Shown one piece after another: positions 13,930-27,230 of a stretch of DNA of 64,000 bases. The DNA lies in the NCBI RefSeq assembly GCF_035594765.1, contig NC_085844.1, forward strand, positions 184,404,107-184,468,106, in the 5' to 3' direction. The position numbers and the translations under genes are program-made. The DNA comes from Anolis carolinensis. Taxonomy: Eukaryota. Positions within the stretch are counted from its first letter, which is position 1, and each line of letters starts with the position of its first letter. The notes below the pieces were generated by a model. That model saw only the letters and a list, made by a program, of their open reading frames with translations, ran no database searches and was not told the origin of the DNA.

Positions 13930-14190
13930 ATCTAAAGAGTAAAGACAAAGATCCACCCAGAGGAAAAGTGGATACATCAAAGGAACCACTGACCACATCA
14001 AAGGAACCACTGACCACATAGGGAAGCTGATGAAGAAACACAACCTACAAACTATCTACAGACCCACTAAGAAAATCCAACAAATGCTACGATTCTCTCA
14101 CTTCTGCAGAAGTCTACCGTATACCATGCAGCTGTGGACAAGTCTACATAGGGTCCACCAAATGCAGCATTGCCCAGACACACCAAAAGG
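13930..14190 (+). mobile_element. Penelope-like ORF fragment
   Basis: Translates to MKKHNLQTIYRPTKKIQQMLR, as in the 48800-49160 copy. It includes a 21-bp tandem duplication (ACATCAAAGGAACCACTGACC x2). Confidence 0.7.
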
Positions 14191-14537
14191 GCGCCAAAAA
14201 GAACTAACGAGTCAGAATTCAAAACCGTTGCTGTGACAGGTTTTTGGAATACATCTCCCAGAATTCTCGGTCATTGGACTGCCTTGCCGGGGCTTCTGAG
14301 AGTTGAAGTAATATTGTCTGCGCGATATGCTTGCAGTTGAACCTCATAGCACCTTTGAGGCCAAGGATGCATCTTCAGCAGGCATGGACAAACTTCAGCC
14401 CTCGAGGTGTTTTGGACTTCAGCTCCCACAATTCCTAACCCGTGTAGATGCCCGTGGGACTCTAGACTTTTGCTACCTCTCTGCAACTGCGAGTCTCGCC
14501 CTTCCCCTTTCTGAGCCTTCTCTTGGTAGAAAAGACT

Positions 14538-14715
14538 GAAGCCATGACTCTCTTTGATTGGTTCACAGAAATGCGGAAGCCATGCCTCGTTTTGATTGGT
14601 TCACAGAAATACGGAAGCCAGTGCGTCGTTTTGATTGGCTCTGCGCTGCCTCGCTTTAGAACTCCCAAGTAAGGCGCGCGGGGCAAGGAGGGAGCAATAG
14701 CAACAAAGACACGAG
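14538..14715 (+). promoter_or_regulatory. MUTYH: Probable MUTYH promoter (three tandem ~38-bp CCAAT/ETS units) and non-coding first exon
   Basis: Three ~38-bp repeats each carry ATTGG (14557, 14595, 14634), with CGGAAG at the junctions. CpG-rich sequence follows, then a donor GAG|GTAGGA at 14715/14716. Confidence 0.55.
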
Positions 14716-14844
14716 GTAGGATTATGCTTAATTCGTTTTGAGCTCAGGTCTCCATCCCTAACTATCACATGGGATTAAAAACACCCCTTCTGAATGCATT
14801 TCTTGAGCTCAATATTACAACAGCATCGTAATGCAAAATCTCTA

Positions 14845-15190
14845 TTACAGAAACAGTCAGGGCCAGTTAACAACCCGCAGCAAAGGATTTCCCCAGGAAG
14901 GAAGCAGCCAGGCTTTGAAGCTGCAAGGCTATTAAATGCGAATCGGGATGGGCAACTGCAACATTCACACTTGCTCCAAACAGACAAGAGTTCTATCTCC
15001 CATCCTGAATATGCCACAGATATATAAACCCCACTTGCCTAGTTTCCAGCATACCTCGTAACCTCTGAGGATACCTGCCATAGATATGGGCGAAGCGTCA
15101 GGAGAGAATGCTTCTGGAACATGGCCATACAGCCCGGAAAACTCACAGCAACTGTGATTCCAGCCATGGAAGCCTTCGACAACACATTGA
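14845..15190 (+). mobile_element. Penelope-like 3' terminal region
   Basis: Same terminal unit as the other Penelope copies. Confidence 0.75.
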
Positions 15191-16285
15191 ACATCTCTAT
15201 TACATGTTCATAAGGCAATACTTTTTAATGAGAATATGCATCACTGAGTTCAAGGGGATTGATGTCTGAGTAGATGTATCCTGGCTCATAATTTTCAATG
15301 TACTTATTCAGAACTTATTTTTAAAAAGTCATTTCACTCCATAAGTAATATAACCATTTTATTACAAAAGCAGCACTTTTCCCACCTGGAAACAGACACA
15401 GACCAACAAACTCTCTCTTAACAATTGCACCCTAAACTGAAGACATTTGGTTGCTTCGACAGTCTCATAACAACATGCAAGTGGGAAAAGAAGATTAAGC
15501 AGCACATCTACACTGTAGAATGAATATAGTTTGACACTTTAAATTGCCATGGCTCAATGCTATGGGATCCTGGGATATGTTGTTTGGTGAGGCAGCAGCA
15601 GTCTTCAGCAGAGAAAGCTACAGCCCTTGTAAAACTACAACCCCCACTATTCCACAGCACTGAGCCATCGCACTTAGATTACATTAATTCAGCAGTGTAG
15701 ATGTACCCTTGATGTCCATGTCCCTTGTCAAATGATGTAATATTTTTGTTACCACAGGGTTCTGGTTTTTCTGTTGCACATATAAACCCTAAAAGAATGA
15801 TTAAGATTGGGTTATACATGTTGAGATTCTCCTGTCTGAAATGCTTAGACCAAAAGTGTTTTCGATTGCGGGATTATTTATTTTTTACTTTGAGATAGCT
15901 GTACATAAATGAGATATCTTGAAATTAAAACCAAAGTCCATATGTGGAGTTTATACACCTTAAACACATAGCCTGAAGGTAATTCTATACATACTTTAAA
16001 TATTTTTATGCATGGAACAAAGTTCATTGAACCATCAGAAAGCAAAGGTGTCACTGCCTCAGCCACCCATGTGGGTGATTTCACATTTGGAATTCTGGAT
16101 AAGGGATGCTCAACCTGTATTTCACTTTTAATTTTGTAAAGATTAAAGATGATTTTTTAAAGATCTATGTTCCTGTTATGATGGAATGCAGGGCATTATA
16201 TACAAAGTGGTATCCAAAACTCTAAAATTGTGTTTGAAGAATCTAATCTGAGAGTAACATGGTCTCTGCCGTTCTTAGCTTGGCA

Positions 16286-19200
16286 ATGATTAAACATCGA
16301 CTGTCAACATGCAACAAGCTGAGAACACAACAGAACATTGCAAAGAAACAGAAATCACCAACTAAATATGAAGATGACATTACACTCAGCAAAGGTGGGC
16401 AAAAAAAAAGACATTCTGTATGAAGCAGGACAGGAATTTATATACAGTAGAGTCTCACTTATCCAAGGTTCTGGATTATCCAAGGCATTTTTGTAGTCAA
16501 TGTTTTCAATATATCATATTTTGGTGCTAAATTTGTAAATACAATCATTACAACATAACACTACTGTGTATTTTTCTGTCAAATTCGTTGTATAACATGA
16601 TGTTTTGGTGCTTAATTTGTAAAATGATTACCTAATTTGATGTTTAAAAAAAGGTGAAGACCTAGCTTTGTGAACAAGCGTTTAATGAATGAATTATGTT
16701 GGCTTTGACTCGGTCCGGATTAAGGTTTACATGCAAGGTTTTTGTGGACGAATGGTTTAAGTATTTTTATTTTACTGTTTTAAATGTATTTATTGTATTA
16801 TGCTAAATTGATTGTTTTAATTGCCTATGTTTTATTTTTTGTACTGTATACGGCATTGAATTTTGCCAGATTGTGAGCCGCCCTGAGTCCCTTCGGGTGA
16901 GAAGAGCGGCATAGAAATGATGGAAATAAATAAATAAATAAATTTAATAGGCTTTTCCTTAATCCCTCCATATTATCCAAGATACTCGCTTATCCAAGGT
17001 TCTGCCGGCCCGTTTAGCTTAGATAAGTGAGACTCTACTGTAATATGAAACGAAAGAGAAATTAGTCTTCCTAGCTATGTTTTCATAAAGGTAAAGGTTT
17101 CCCCTGACGTTAAGTCCAGTCATGTCAGACTCTGGGGGTTGGTGCTCATCTCCATTTCTAAGCCGAAGAGCCAGCGTTGTCCGTAGACACATCCAAGGTC
17201 ATGTGGCCGGCATGACTGCATGGAACGCCGTTACCTTCCCGCCTGAGCGGTACCTATTGATCTACTCACATTGGCATGTTTTTGAACTGCTAGGTTGGCA
17301 GGAGCTGGAGCTAACAGCGGCCGCTCCCGGGGTTTGAACCTGGGACCTTTTGGTCTCCAGCTCAGTGCTTTAACACACTTGGCCACCGAGGCTCTATGTT
17401 TTCATAGTTCGCTTTAAATAACAACTGCCGAACTCTCCTCTGCTTCTCTTTTGGTTGCAAATTCAAAGACTGAATCAGAGAACTGGGGTTGTAAACCTTT
17501 TATGGATTAATCCATCACTCGTTCTGGGAAGTGCTAATAAACATAGACTGTTCTTGATAGAGGATTTGGGAATATAAGGAAAACTACACAGAATATGAAA
17601 GCATGTGTCTTCTTTGCTTCCACTCTAGCAGTGCTTCCTGTAGTTATCAAGGTTATTGAAATGTTTGTAAAGGACTTTTAATCATTGTAGTATTGTATTT
17701 TTTAAGATTAAAAATGTACTGTACTTTGAATATGTAGTCAGCAGAAGTGCTATGTTGTGTTCTGAACGAACAAACTCATTTGCAGCAACAAGATATCATT
17801 TTACTACTCTTTGCATACCCTTGTGACCAAGCAGACATCTAAGGATTTCTTTGTTCATTTATTTACTATATGCATGTTTATTTTATGTGGCATATTTATT
17901 TGTATTTATATTACTGACCATGGTTTTAAAAGGCACATGTTTGGAGTATATTTGGAGATTATGCCAAAAGAAATACCTCTTCTAGCTTTGTCAGAAATGG
18001 GATGGTTGCAGATTTTATCAACTTTTTATAGTTTTACTTGCTCCGTACTGTTCACAGAAGTGGCCACTCCAAAAAAATTAACTGGTTTGTCTTTGTTTCA
18101 GAAGTACCCAGTCAACAGTGTTTCTTCCATACTTTCAGCGATGCAGCCGAAATCAAAGATTTCCGTAAGAGGTTACTTACCTGGTACAATAAATGCAAAC
18201 GGGACCTTCCCTGGAGGAAAATGGTAAGGTGTCATGTAGGATCAAGAGTGCTTAAAAATGACTTTGTTGTTTTTAAAGACCTAGGTCTTCTTCCTAAAGT
18301 TCCCATATCATTTTTAACAGGCTACAAGTGAAACTGATGCTGACAGACGAGCCTATGCTGGTGAGAAAGACTGGTAGCTGCAATGTGGGAGTTGATGTTT
18401 TGTTGCATGGAAAAAAAACTGATGTTTTGTTGCATGGAAAAAATTTTTTTTGTTTTTGCATTAAAGCCAATTAAACATAATAGCAAATTGGTCAGGGTAT
18501 GGCAGTAGTTTAGCATTTAGAGGGAGGAAAGATTGTCATGTCAAACAAGTTTTCCTGAGCTGAACAGTCTTGAGATTGAATAGATTGTTCAAAATAAGAC
18601 ACTGCATTTCTTGCAATTGCGCCTAAAGTCTATTTAGCAGCACCTCCCACTAGCTAAGCAGAATCAGGAAGATTTGAGGAAAGAATCAGGTGAGAATCAT
18701 AGAGGAAGAAAAGTATTTCAACATGGTTGTTATAACTCATTGCTAACATTTAAATTACAATAAAAGAGAGGTAAGAATCAGAACCTCTAATATCCTAATG
18801 TTTTCTCTTTGTGTGTATGTAGTGTGGGTATCTGAGATCATGCTTCAGCAAACCCAAGTGGCTTCAGTGATCAGCTACTACAATCGCTGGATGCAGGTGA
18901 TGCTGAGCTTCTTTCTTTTCTGTAGCACATTATTTATTTATTGAATGTATGCCCCAACTTTTTTCCAGAATGGGATTCAATTTTAGCTGTGCATGCATTC
19001 TGCTTTGTAGACTCTGTAAACAAGTCACTGTTTTTCTTTGTGGTGCAGAAATGGCCAACTTTGCAGGAGCTTGCTAAGGCTTCACTAGAGGTAAGAATGT
19101 GAATGCAGGAGGGGGTGTGGGTGCTTACATCATGCATGTGTGAATGGAGGGTAGAGCTTTGGTTTTCCCTTTTTTCCACATTAACATTTTCCCTAATTTC

Positions 19201-22200
19201 TTTTTTCTGTTTGGGAATAGGAGGTGAATGAGCTATGGTCTGGGCTTGGCTACTATTCCCGAGGGAAGAGGCTCCAGGAAGGTGCACGCAAGGTAGCTGA
19301 TAGCATGGTTTGGGCTGATAATGTGTTTTTTTCCTCTCTCAAGAAGATGTTTTTCCTTCTGTAATTACAAGTCACAAAGGAAGGCTGATTATTGCTTTTA
19401 TCCCATAGTTGCTTTGGAAATACGTAGGTGGTATAAGTAATACACAGTAATTACTGTTCAGATGTGATTGAGACATTTGATGTTGGCAGGAAAATGTTCA
19501 TAAATAACAAGAGTTCATAAATAACAAGGGCTGAGGGACTCCTGGAAGCTGAAGGCAAGCCTTATAGAAAAGTTGTTCAAATTCCCCCCATATATATTTA
19601 CATGTGACATTTACCTTATACTCTTCCTCTGAAAACATGTTTTAGCTTCACAATATTTTATCAGCAGAAGGATAATTTCCTTATTAAAGAGATATTCATA
19701 TTTTCAGCATTATATCTGTATGGATAGTGCTGTTGGTAAAAATGTACTTGCCCTGCCTTGGCTATTATGAATATATTACAGCAGTGTGGTTTAACTTGCA
19801 GTTCTGGACATTTCTTCACCTTGTTTTCTGCAGCTGCCCTTTGTGTAGCAAGTTGCTTGTGGCATGGTTGATCAAAGGCTGTCACTGCGATTGTTTTTTA
19901 ACTGAAATTGCTGTGTTTTATCTATAATGTATTTTTGTTATATTTTATTTTATGTTGTTTTGTATTTGTATTTGTACTCTTTGGAAACCGCCCTGAGTCC
20001 CTTTGGTGAGATAGAGCGGTATATAAATAAATTATTATTATTATTATTATTATTATTGACACAACGACGTTGTATGACACAGCAAACAAGATAGATATGC
20101 TGGATTTCGTTTCACAAAATCACAAGTCGAACACTTCCCAAGTGTCTAGGACTGTGTGATGTATTTTCGGATGATGCGTGCAGATCCCAGTAAGGTGGCC
20201 TTTTGCAGTTGGCAGATCGTAATTTTGTCAATGTCTATTGTTTCCAAATGCCGGCTGAGATCTTTTGGCACGGCACCCAGTGTGCCCATCACCACCGGGA
20301 CCACCTGCACTGGTTTCTGCCAGAGTCTTTGAAGTTCAATCTTGAGGTCCTGATAGTGGCTGAGTTTTTCCTGTTGTTTTTCTTCAATGCGACTGTCACC
20401 TGGGATGGCAACATCAATGATCCAAACCTTGTTCTTTTCCACAACTGTGATGTCTGGTGTGTTGTGTTCCAGAACTTTGTCAGTCTGGATTCGGAAGTCC
20501 CACAGTATCTTTGCGTGTTCATTTTCCACAACTTTTGCAGGTTTGTGATCCCACCAGTTCTTAACTGCAGGGAGGTGATATTTGAGGCATAGGTTCCAAT
20601 GAATCATTTGGGCCACATAGTTGTGCCTCTGTTTGTAGTCTGTCTGTGCAATTTTCTTACAGCAGCTGAGGATATGATCAATGGTTTCATCGGTTTCCTT
20701 GCACAGTCTGCACTTTGGGTCATCAGCTGATTTTTCGATCTTTGCCTTTACTATTATTATTATTATTTTCCATCTTTCTCCTGCAGGTGGTGTCCCAGAT
20801 GGCAGGCCACATGCCCAGGACAGCAGAGGAGCTGCAGAAGTTGTTGCCAGGAGTTGGGAAGTATACTGCAGGAGCTGTAGCATCCATCGCATTTGGCCAG
20901 GTAATTAGGCTGCAATCTGATGGATAGCTTTGCTTTATGTTACGTGTAAGCAGCCTGCACCTATCCTTCTGTGAACAATATACTGATTGTCCATATCGAA
21001 GGTTGGAAGAAGTGCAGTTTACATGCAGGGGAATATTGCTCACTGAGGTTTTTCTTCCTGTTGAAAATTGTGTTCTTCTTGCCCAACAACTGTCTCACAG
21101 AATACGGGGAGCTCTAGGGAATACATGGTGGCATATAGGAAAGACTCCCTGTGGGCTGCCCTTTCCATCCCAGTTGTCCAGGATGCCAAGTTCCTGATCT
21201 ACATGCCAATAGGGGCAAAGTATAATTTAAAGTTGATGGGCGCAGAGAAAAGCTGAGGAAACCGCACCAACCAGCTGAGCAAAAGCAGTGAAGAGCGTGG
21301 TGGAATCTCAGTGTGAAAAGAGGAAATATTTACTACTCCATGCCCATTGTGCACAAATAGCGGGGAAAATATTTGGATATATCCTCAACACACAATAAAA
21401 CTTCTTTGATATCAGTATTATTCCTCATATTGGCGATGGAGGAAGGAAAAACTGCCCACAGACTCAAGAGGCAGGGGAGAGATTTCTTGAGTTGCAGGTC
21501 AAGTATCCATCATGGAGTCATTGTGAAGCTGGTCTTAGATGCATTGGTCTTCCTATCGATGATGCTTGAAATGAAAGGTCTGACAAATCTATTAACAATT
21601 GTTTTACTGTTCATTGTGGTCCTATATTATCCAACACATCCAGGTGACAGGTGTGGTAGATGGAAACGTAATTCGAGTCTTGTGCCGTGCACGAGCCATT
21701 GGTGCTGATCCCACAAGTTCAGCTGTCGCTGACAGACTTTGGTAAGCAAAAGAGGGAGAATTGTACAGATATAAGCATTGCTTTGGGGCATAAGGAAAGT
21801 GGATTATTTACGGAAGCAAGACAAGAAAATAAATAACACCTGGTCTCCATCTGAAATCCAAAGTGGAAATTAGTACTAGCTGGCAAGATCCCGCCAGTTC
21901 CTAATTGTAAACAGATGGTTGTTAAGTAGTCCTCCATTACTGATAGCATAGTAGGAGATTCCTGTATGTTGAGTATGTAGATTTAAATCACAGAAAGTCT
22001 TAATTTCATCATTATCACAAGGACCAAGAGAAGTAATAACTGAAAAGGTAGGGGAAAGATTTATGCAGATAAAGAATCCAATCCTGTATATGTAAGTAGG
22101 TCCCATTTGAACCAGTGAAACTTATGTTAAAAATTACTCTAGAAGGATTAGGAACTTACTATAGAGCGCTGTTTTGTATACTATGTGCCCGACCCCAAAT

Positions 22201-25200
22201 GGAGTCCCTTTAGCTCAGTGTTGGGGGCCCCAAAAATTGCAATAATAAATCTAGTGGCTGTTTTAGACATTTACATGAATCTGTCAACAACAGTGTGAGC
22301 TGTTTACAGTGGATTCTGCAGAAAATGCATCAGCTGTTCTCCAGAGGAAAACCCGTCTGATTAGCAAGCCTTGTGAATGCTGATTTATTCTCTTTAAATT
22401 TTTATTTTATATCTAATTTATATACCTACTATATACTTGGAGTCACATAAAAATTTCTCAGGTTAAAAGGGGTCCCAAGCAGAAAAGTTTAAAAAGCTCT
22501 GGTATACAAAATGCAAATTTGTTCAAAATATAGCTCCTTTTGGAAACCCCATGCTATGAAATCTACAGCTCCTCGCTAAAATTAGGGATTCCATGCCATT
22601 TTTCACTGCAATACACTCCTGCCAATTATTGTCACAGCCAGTATCTCCAGGCTTATTGATGAAGAAAAGATTACTGCTCTCCCCAAGACCCTTATTTCAC
22701 ACACAACTCATTTCACCACCCCATGATTGTAGGTATTTCTTCACAGGCCTTTGCCGTGTACATAACTGTTCAGTTTGCTAATGTAGCTGTCTCCTGTTTT
22801 TAGGGCTTTAGCCAACAGTCTGGTGGATCCAACTCATCCAGGTGACTTTAATCAAGCAATGATGGAATTGGGGGCAACTGTGTGTACCCCCAAGACACCC
22901 TTATGCACAGAGTGTCCAGTGAAGCAGCACTGTAGGGCTTATCACAGAGTGAGTAGGATCCTTTCTCTTCTCTGTGTTCTAGTCCAACCTGTGTTGTCCT
23001 GCTGTGGAATCAGATTAATATTTGCTGGAAAGGGGACATAGAATCTGTGAAGGGCTTACTGCAGTCAACATTCACTCCATTTATGTGTGAATTTATTATT
23101 TATCTGTGTGTCTGTCTGTGTGTCTGTCTGTCAGGGAAAGACGGGATACTGCAGACTTCCATGCAGTGCATGCTTCATGAGAAGTTCTCACTGTGTTCCA
23201 TATTTCTTATTTAGTATTGCAGTATTTGCTGTCTTTCAAGATTTCAGTCTTCCAAAGGTGGCTTCAGAGGGTTATCCTTGCTATTAAATGTGTCTAAGAT
23301 TGCAGTCCTGTTCATTTACATAGAACTAACTCTTCATTGCATGTAATTGGATTAGTATCTGTGTATAGGATTGCAGTGCTAGTCTAACAAAGTAATCTAA
23401 ATGTGAGTTGGTATTTTATAATATCCTAAACCACAAATCTTTTCCAATTCCTTCCACATAACAATGTCTAATTCATCATAATTCTTTAAATGCTGTGTAT
23501 ATTAAACAGCATCTTTCCATACTGACTTGGGATTTTCAGTACTGGAATCATAGCTTTGTTAGCACTAAACTTGATTTTTTTTCGTGTCAGGAGCGACTTG
23601 AGAAACTGCAGGTTGCTTCTGGTGTGAGAGAATTGGCCGTCTGCTAGGACGTTGCCCAGGGAATTCCTGGATATTTTTTTGGTGGTTTTTTAATGTTTTT
23701 ACCATCCTTGTGGGAGGCTTCACTCATGTCCCTGCATGAAACTGAAGCTGATAGAGGGAGCTCATCCGCACTCTCCTCGGGTTGGATTTGAACCTGGCAG
23801 CCTTCAGGTCAGCAACCCAACCTTCAAGTCACAAGGCTTTAATCCACTACGCCACCGGAGGCTCCTACAAAACTTGATCATGAACCAAGAGACACTGAAA
23901 TTCTAGAGGAGAAAATCTGTGGAGGAGAAGTGTGACTCTCATTCACACTTCTGCTATTCATAAGTGACTGAAATCTTCCTCTTTTGCAGGTGGAGAAGGA
24001 TCTGGTACTTTCTGGAGAGAGACTGCTAGGAAAAGCAGCCTCGAAGTACTCCCACTTGCCAGATGTGGAAGAATGTGGTGAGTGTTAATACACCTTGTAT
24101 TGCCAGGTTATTTATTGGCACAGGGAACTGATATTTATTGACGTTTATAACAGCAGGAAAACTCTAGGTTATTCATTCTCAAGAAATCGCTCTTTCCTTT
24201 CTCTCTCTACCATTCAAGAAAGATGCTTCAAGAAGGAGGAATGGGCTACTGTCAGCAAAGTCAGACTGTCCTTAAAAAGGCATATTTGTGTTCAGATGTC
24301 CCTGGTTTCCAGACCACTGTGTTTTAATTTCTGTGAAAGATGGACTGAGATCCAGGACTGCTGGAACCATAGTGGGCATTTCTCCTTGGTTTGGTGACCA
24401 AGTCAGCCTGGGCAGATAACAGCAGCTGGAGCTTAATAAATAGAATATTTTTTCCTCCTGCATTTCCTTGAGTTCTGTGGCACTATTAGGTTCCCCTCAA
24501 GTGAAAGAAAACTTTAGTGTGTTCAGGTGACCAACTTGAAAATGTTCTTTCAATTCTGAAAAAAAGTGCTTTTAGAAAACAATCTGTTCTCCGCCATGTG
24601 AATAAATTATTTTATGGATTTTATTGTTATATTTGTAACTGCATGTGCATAAGATGAAACAGAAATATATACTCCTAAATGCAGAGGTTCATATCCCTAG
24701 TAGCAGTCAACTGAGGGAATAAATAAATGCTAGCCAACATTATTATTTTCCCTGCCATTAAGTATCTGTTCTCCAGGTTTTGCAGTCCAGCTGCCATTTC
24801 CTTCTGATAAGTTGTCTAAATTTTGTAGGTTTTTCCGTTATACGACTGTTGAGTGGATGCATATTGAAGTAGAAAGTCATACAATCTGTTACATCTGCCT
24901 GATACATAGCCAGTATTAGAACACTAGTTCACTATCATGGGATGGACAGCATCATCTGGTTTACTAAGTGAATTTGAATCAAATTCTTTTCTTCTCATTT
25001 GCAGCCACCACTACAGGGAGTTGCTCTTTCTGCCTGCCTACTTCAGAGCCGTGGGATCCCAGTCTTGGGGTGGCCAATTTCCCCAGAAAGGTCACTAAGA
25101 AGAAGCCAAGAATCGAACATACAGCCACGTGTGTGCTCCAGCGGAGAAGCATTGGTGGGGAACCAGAGTATCTTATTGTACAGAGACCCAGCTCAGGTAA

Positions 25201-27161
25201 ATGCTTCACAAATAGGTATTTCTGAAAAAAGGGAACTATTTTCAGGTGGCAAACTATTATTCCTTCCCCAGCCAAACATCCTCTTTCTTCACCAACTAAA
25301 GAAGTGTGTGTGCAAATGTGTGATAAGCCCACAGTATATCTTTGTGTATTAAAAAAGAGAAAAACAACGCACATTGCTTTTGTGTGAGCATTTAGTGGGA
25401 AGGAGAGGTTTTCCCTGGAATGACACATGTGATTTTAAGTTGAAGTGTGTAAGAGACTTAGTAAGAGGCTGCAGAAAGTGAGTGCCTGCACTGCTGAAGT
25501 TTGCTCGAGTTTAGTTGCCTGTTAAAAGACTATGATGCAGTTGAAATAAAAGAAGAAAACAAAATGAATTGTTGATGCACCTCTTCCCTCAACAATAGTA
25601 AAGATATACACAATTTTGCCTGGGGAATATCAGTTCAGTTACTAAGGAAAATAATGTATCCTCAATAATGGCCTTCCTATCTTGTGATAATTTGTATAAT
25701 ACTAGCTTGGGTACCCTGCCCGGGCTATTTGAAAAAGTCTTTTTTTATTTTACAAAATGTATAAGGCTGAGGGTCAACTACAACTCACATCATGACCCCT
25801 GAAACTCCATCAGTAGTAAAAATGTGTTATGTTTGGCAAGTTGCTCTAGATGCATGATTGGTAGGATTCAGTGTACTCTCTGGCTGTAGGATGAACTACA
25901 ACTCCCACCATGGTGAGTCAGTCCCCCTCAATTCCCTCCAGTAGGTTCAGTTGGTCATGGGGGTTCTGTGTGCCAAGTTTGGTCCAGATCCATTATTGGT
26001 GATGGTCACAGTATCTCTTGCTGTCGGTGAACTACAACTCCCAGAAATGAAGGTCAGTTTCCCCCAAACCCCTCCAGTATATTCAGTTGATCATAGTGAT
26101 TCTGTGTGCCTAGTTTGAGCCAGGTCCATCGTCAGTGGGGTTCACAGTTTCTCTGGTTGTAGGTGAACTACAACTCCCAGAAATTGAGGTCTATCCTTCC
26201 CAAACCCCTCAAACATTCAAATTTGGGTGAATCAGGCATGCGTGCAATGTTGCTTGAATTCACAATGCTATTTGTATGTAGGTGAACTACAACTCCCCCA
26301 AATTAAGGTGAATTCCCCCCAAAGCCCTCTGGTATTTTTTGTTGGTCATGGGGGTTCTGTGTGCCAAGTTTGGTCCAGGTCCATCTTTGGTGAAGTTCAG
26401 AGTGCTCTTTGATTGCAGGTGAACTTTAAATCCCAGTACCTACAACTCCCAAGTGTCAAGGGCAATTCCCCCCAAAACCCACCAGTATTCAAATTTGGGC
26501 ATATCGGGTATATGTGCCAAGTTTGGTCCAGATCCATTGTTCTTTGGGTTCACAGTGCTCTCTGGATGTGAGCTACAACTCCTATAAATCAAGGTCAATT
26601 GCTCCAAAACCTCTCAAGTATTTTTCGTTGGTCACGGGGCTTCTGTGTGCCAAATTTGGCCCAGGATCATTGCTGGTGGGGGGTCACAGTGCTCTGTCTT
26701 GGTGCAGGGTGAACTACAACTTTCATCATGTTGAGTCAGTCCCTCAAACCCTTCCAGTATGTTCAGTTGCTGATCAATTCTGCTCTGTTTGCTGTGCACC
26801 ATAGAAAAGAGTAGGAAAGGGTTATGGGAGAGGCAGTGGACTGGGTCATGCAAATTCCACACCAATGGAGAGACTAAGAAACACTGGAGTGTCTGTGGTG
26901 GAGGAAACACGTAAAATCTAGGATGAAATTATGCCTGTATGAAAGCCTTCACTTGGGTGGCGGGCAGTATGGTGTTTGTGGAAGACACTGGCAGGGGTTG
27001 TACATATTCACGGCACTCACTATAACCTGCAATGTCATTGGAGAGAGGGCCATTGGTGTCTCCTGCATAGTGGGAGCTATAGCTATTTGTGGAAGTGGGA
27101 GCCTGTCTGTGTAAGTGGACATCCCAGGCACATACACACATACATATTTTCACTTTTATTA

Positions 27162-27230
<69 letters not shown>

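Noticed and set aside
20146-20892. 248-aa ORF as a host gene
   Set aside because: It is a chimera of the antisense strand of a MUTYH exon, a TAA tract (IIIII) and an R4/Dong endonuclease fragment.
25770-26760. Regularly spaced repeats as a CRISPR-like array
   Set aside because: The context is eukaryotic and whole 120-140-bp units are homologous, with no unique spacers. This is an internal satellite of a Helitron-like element.
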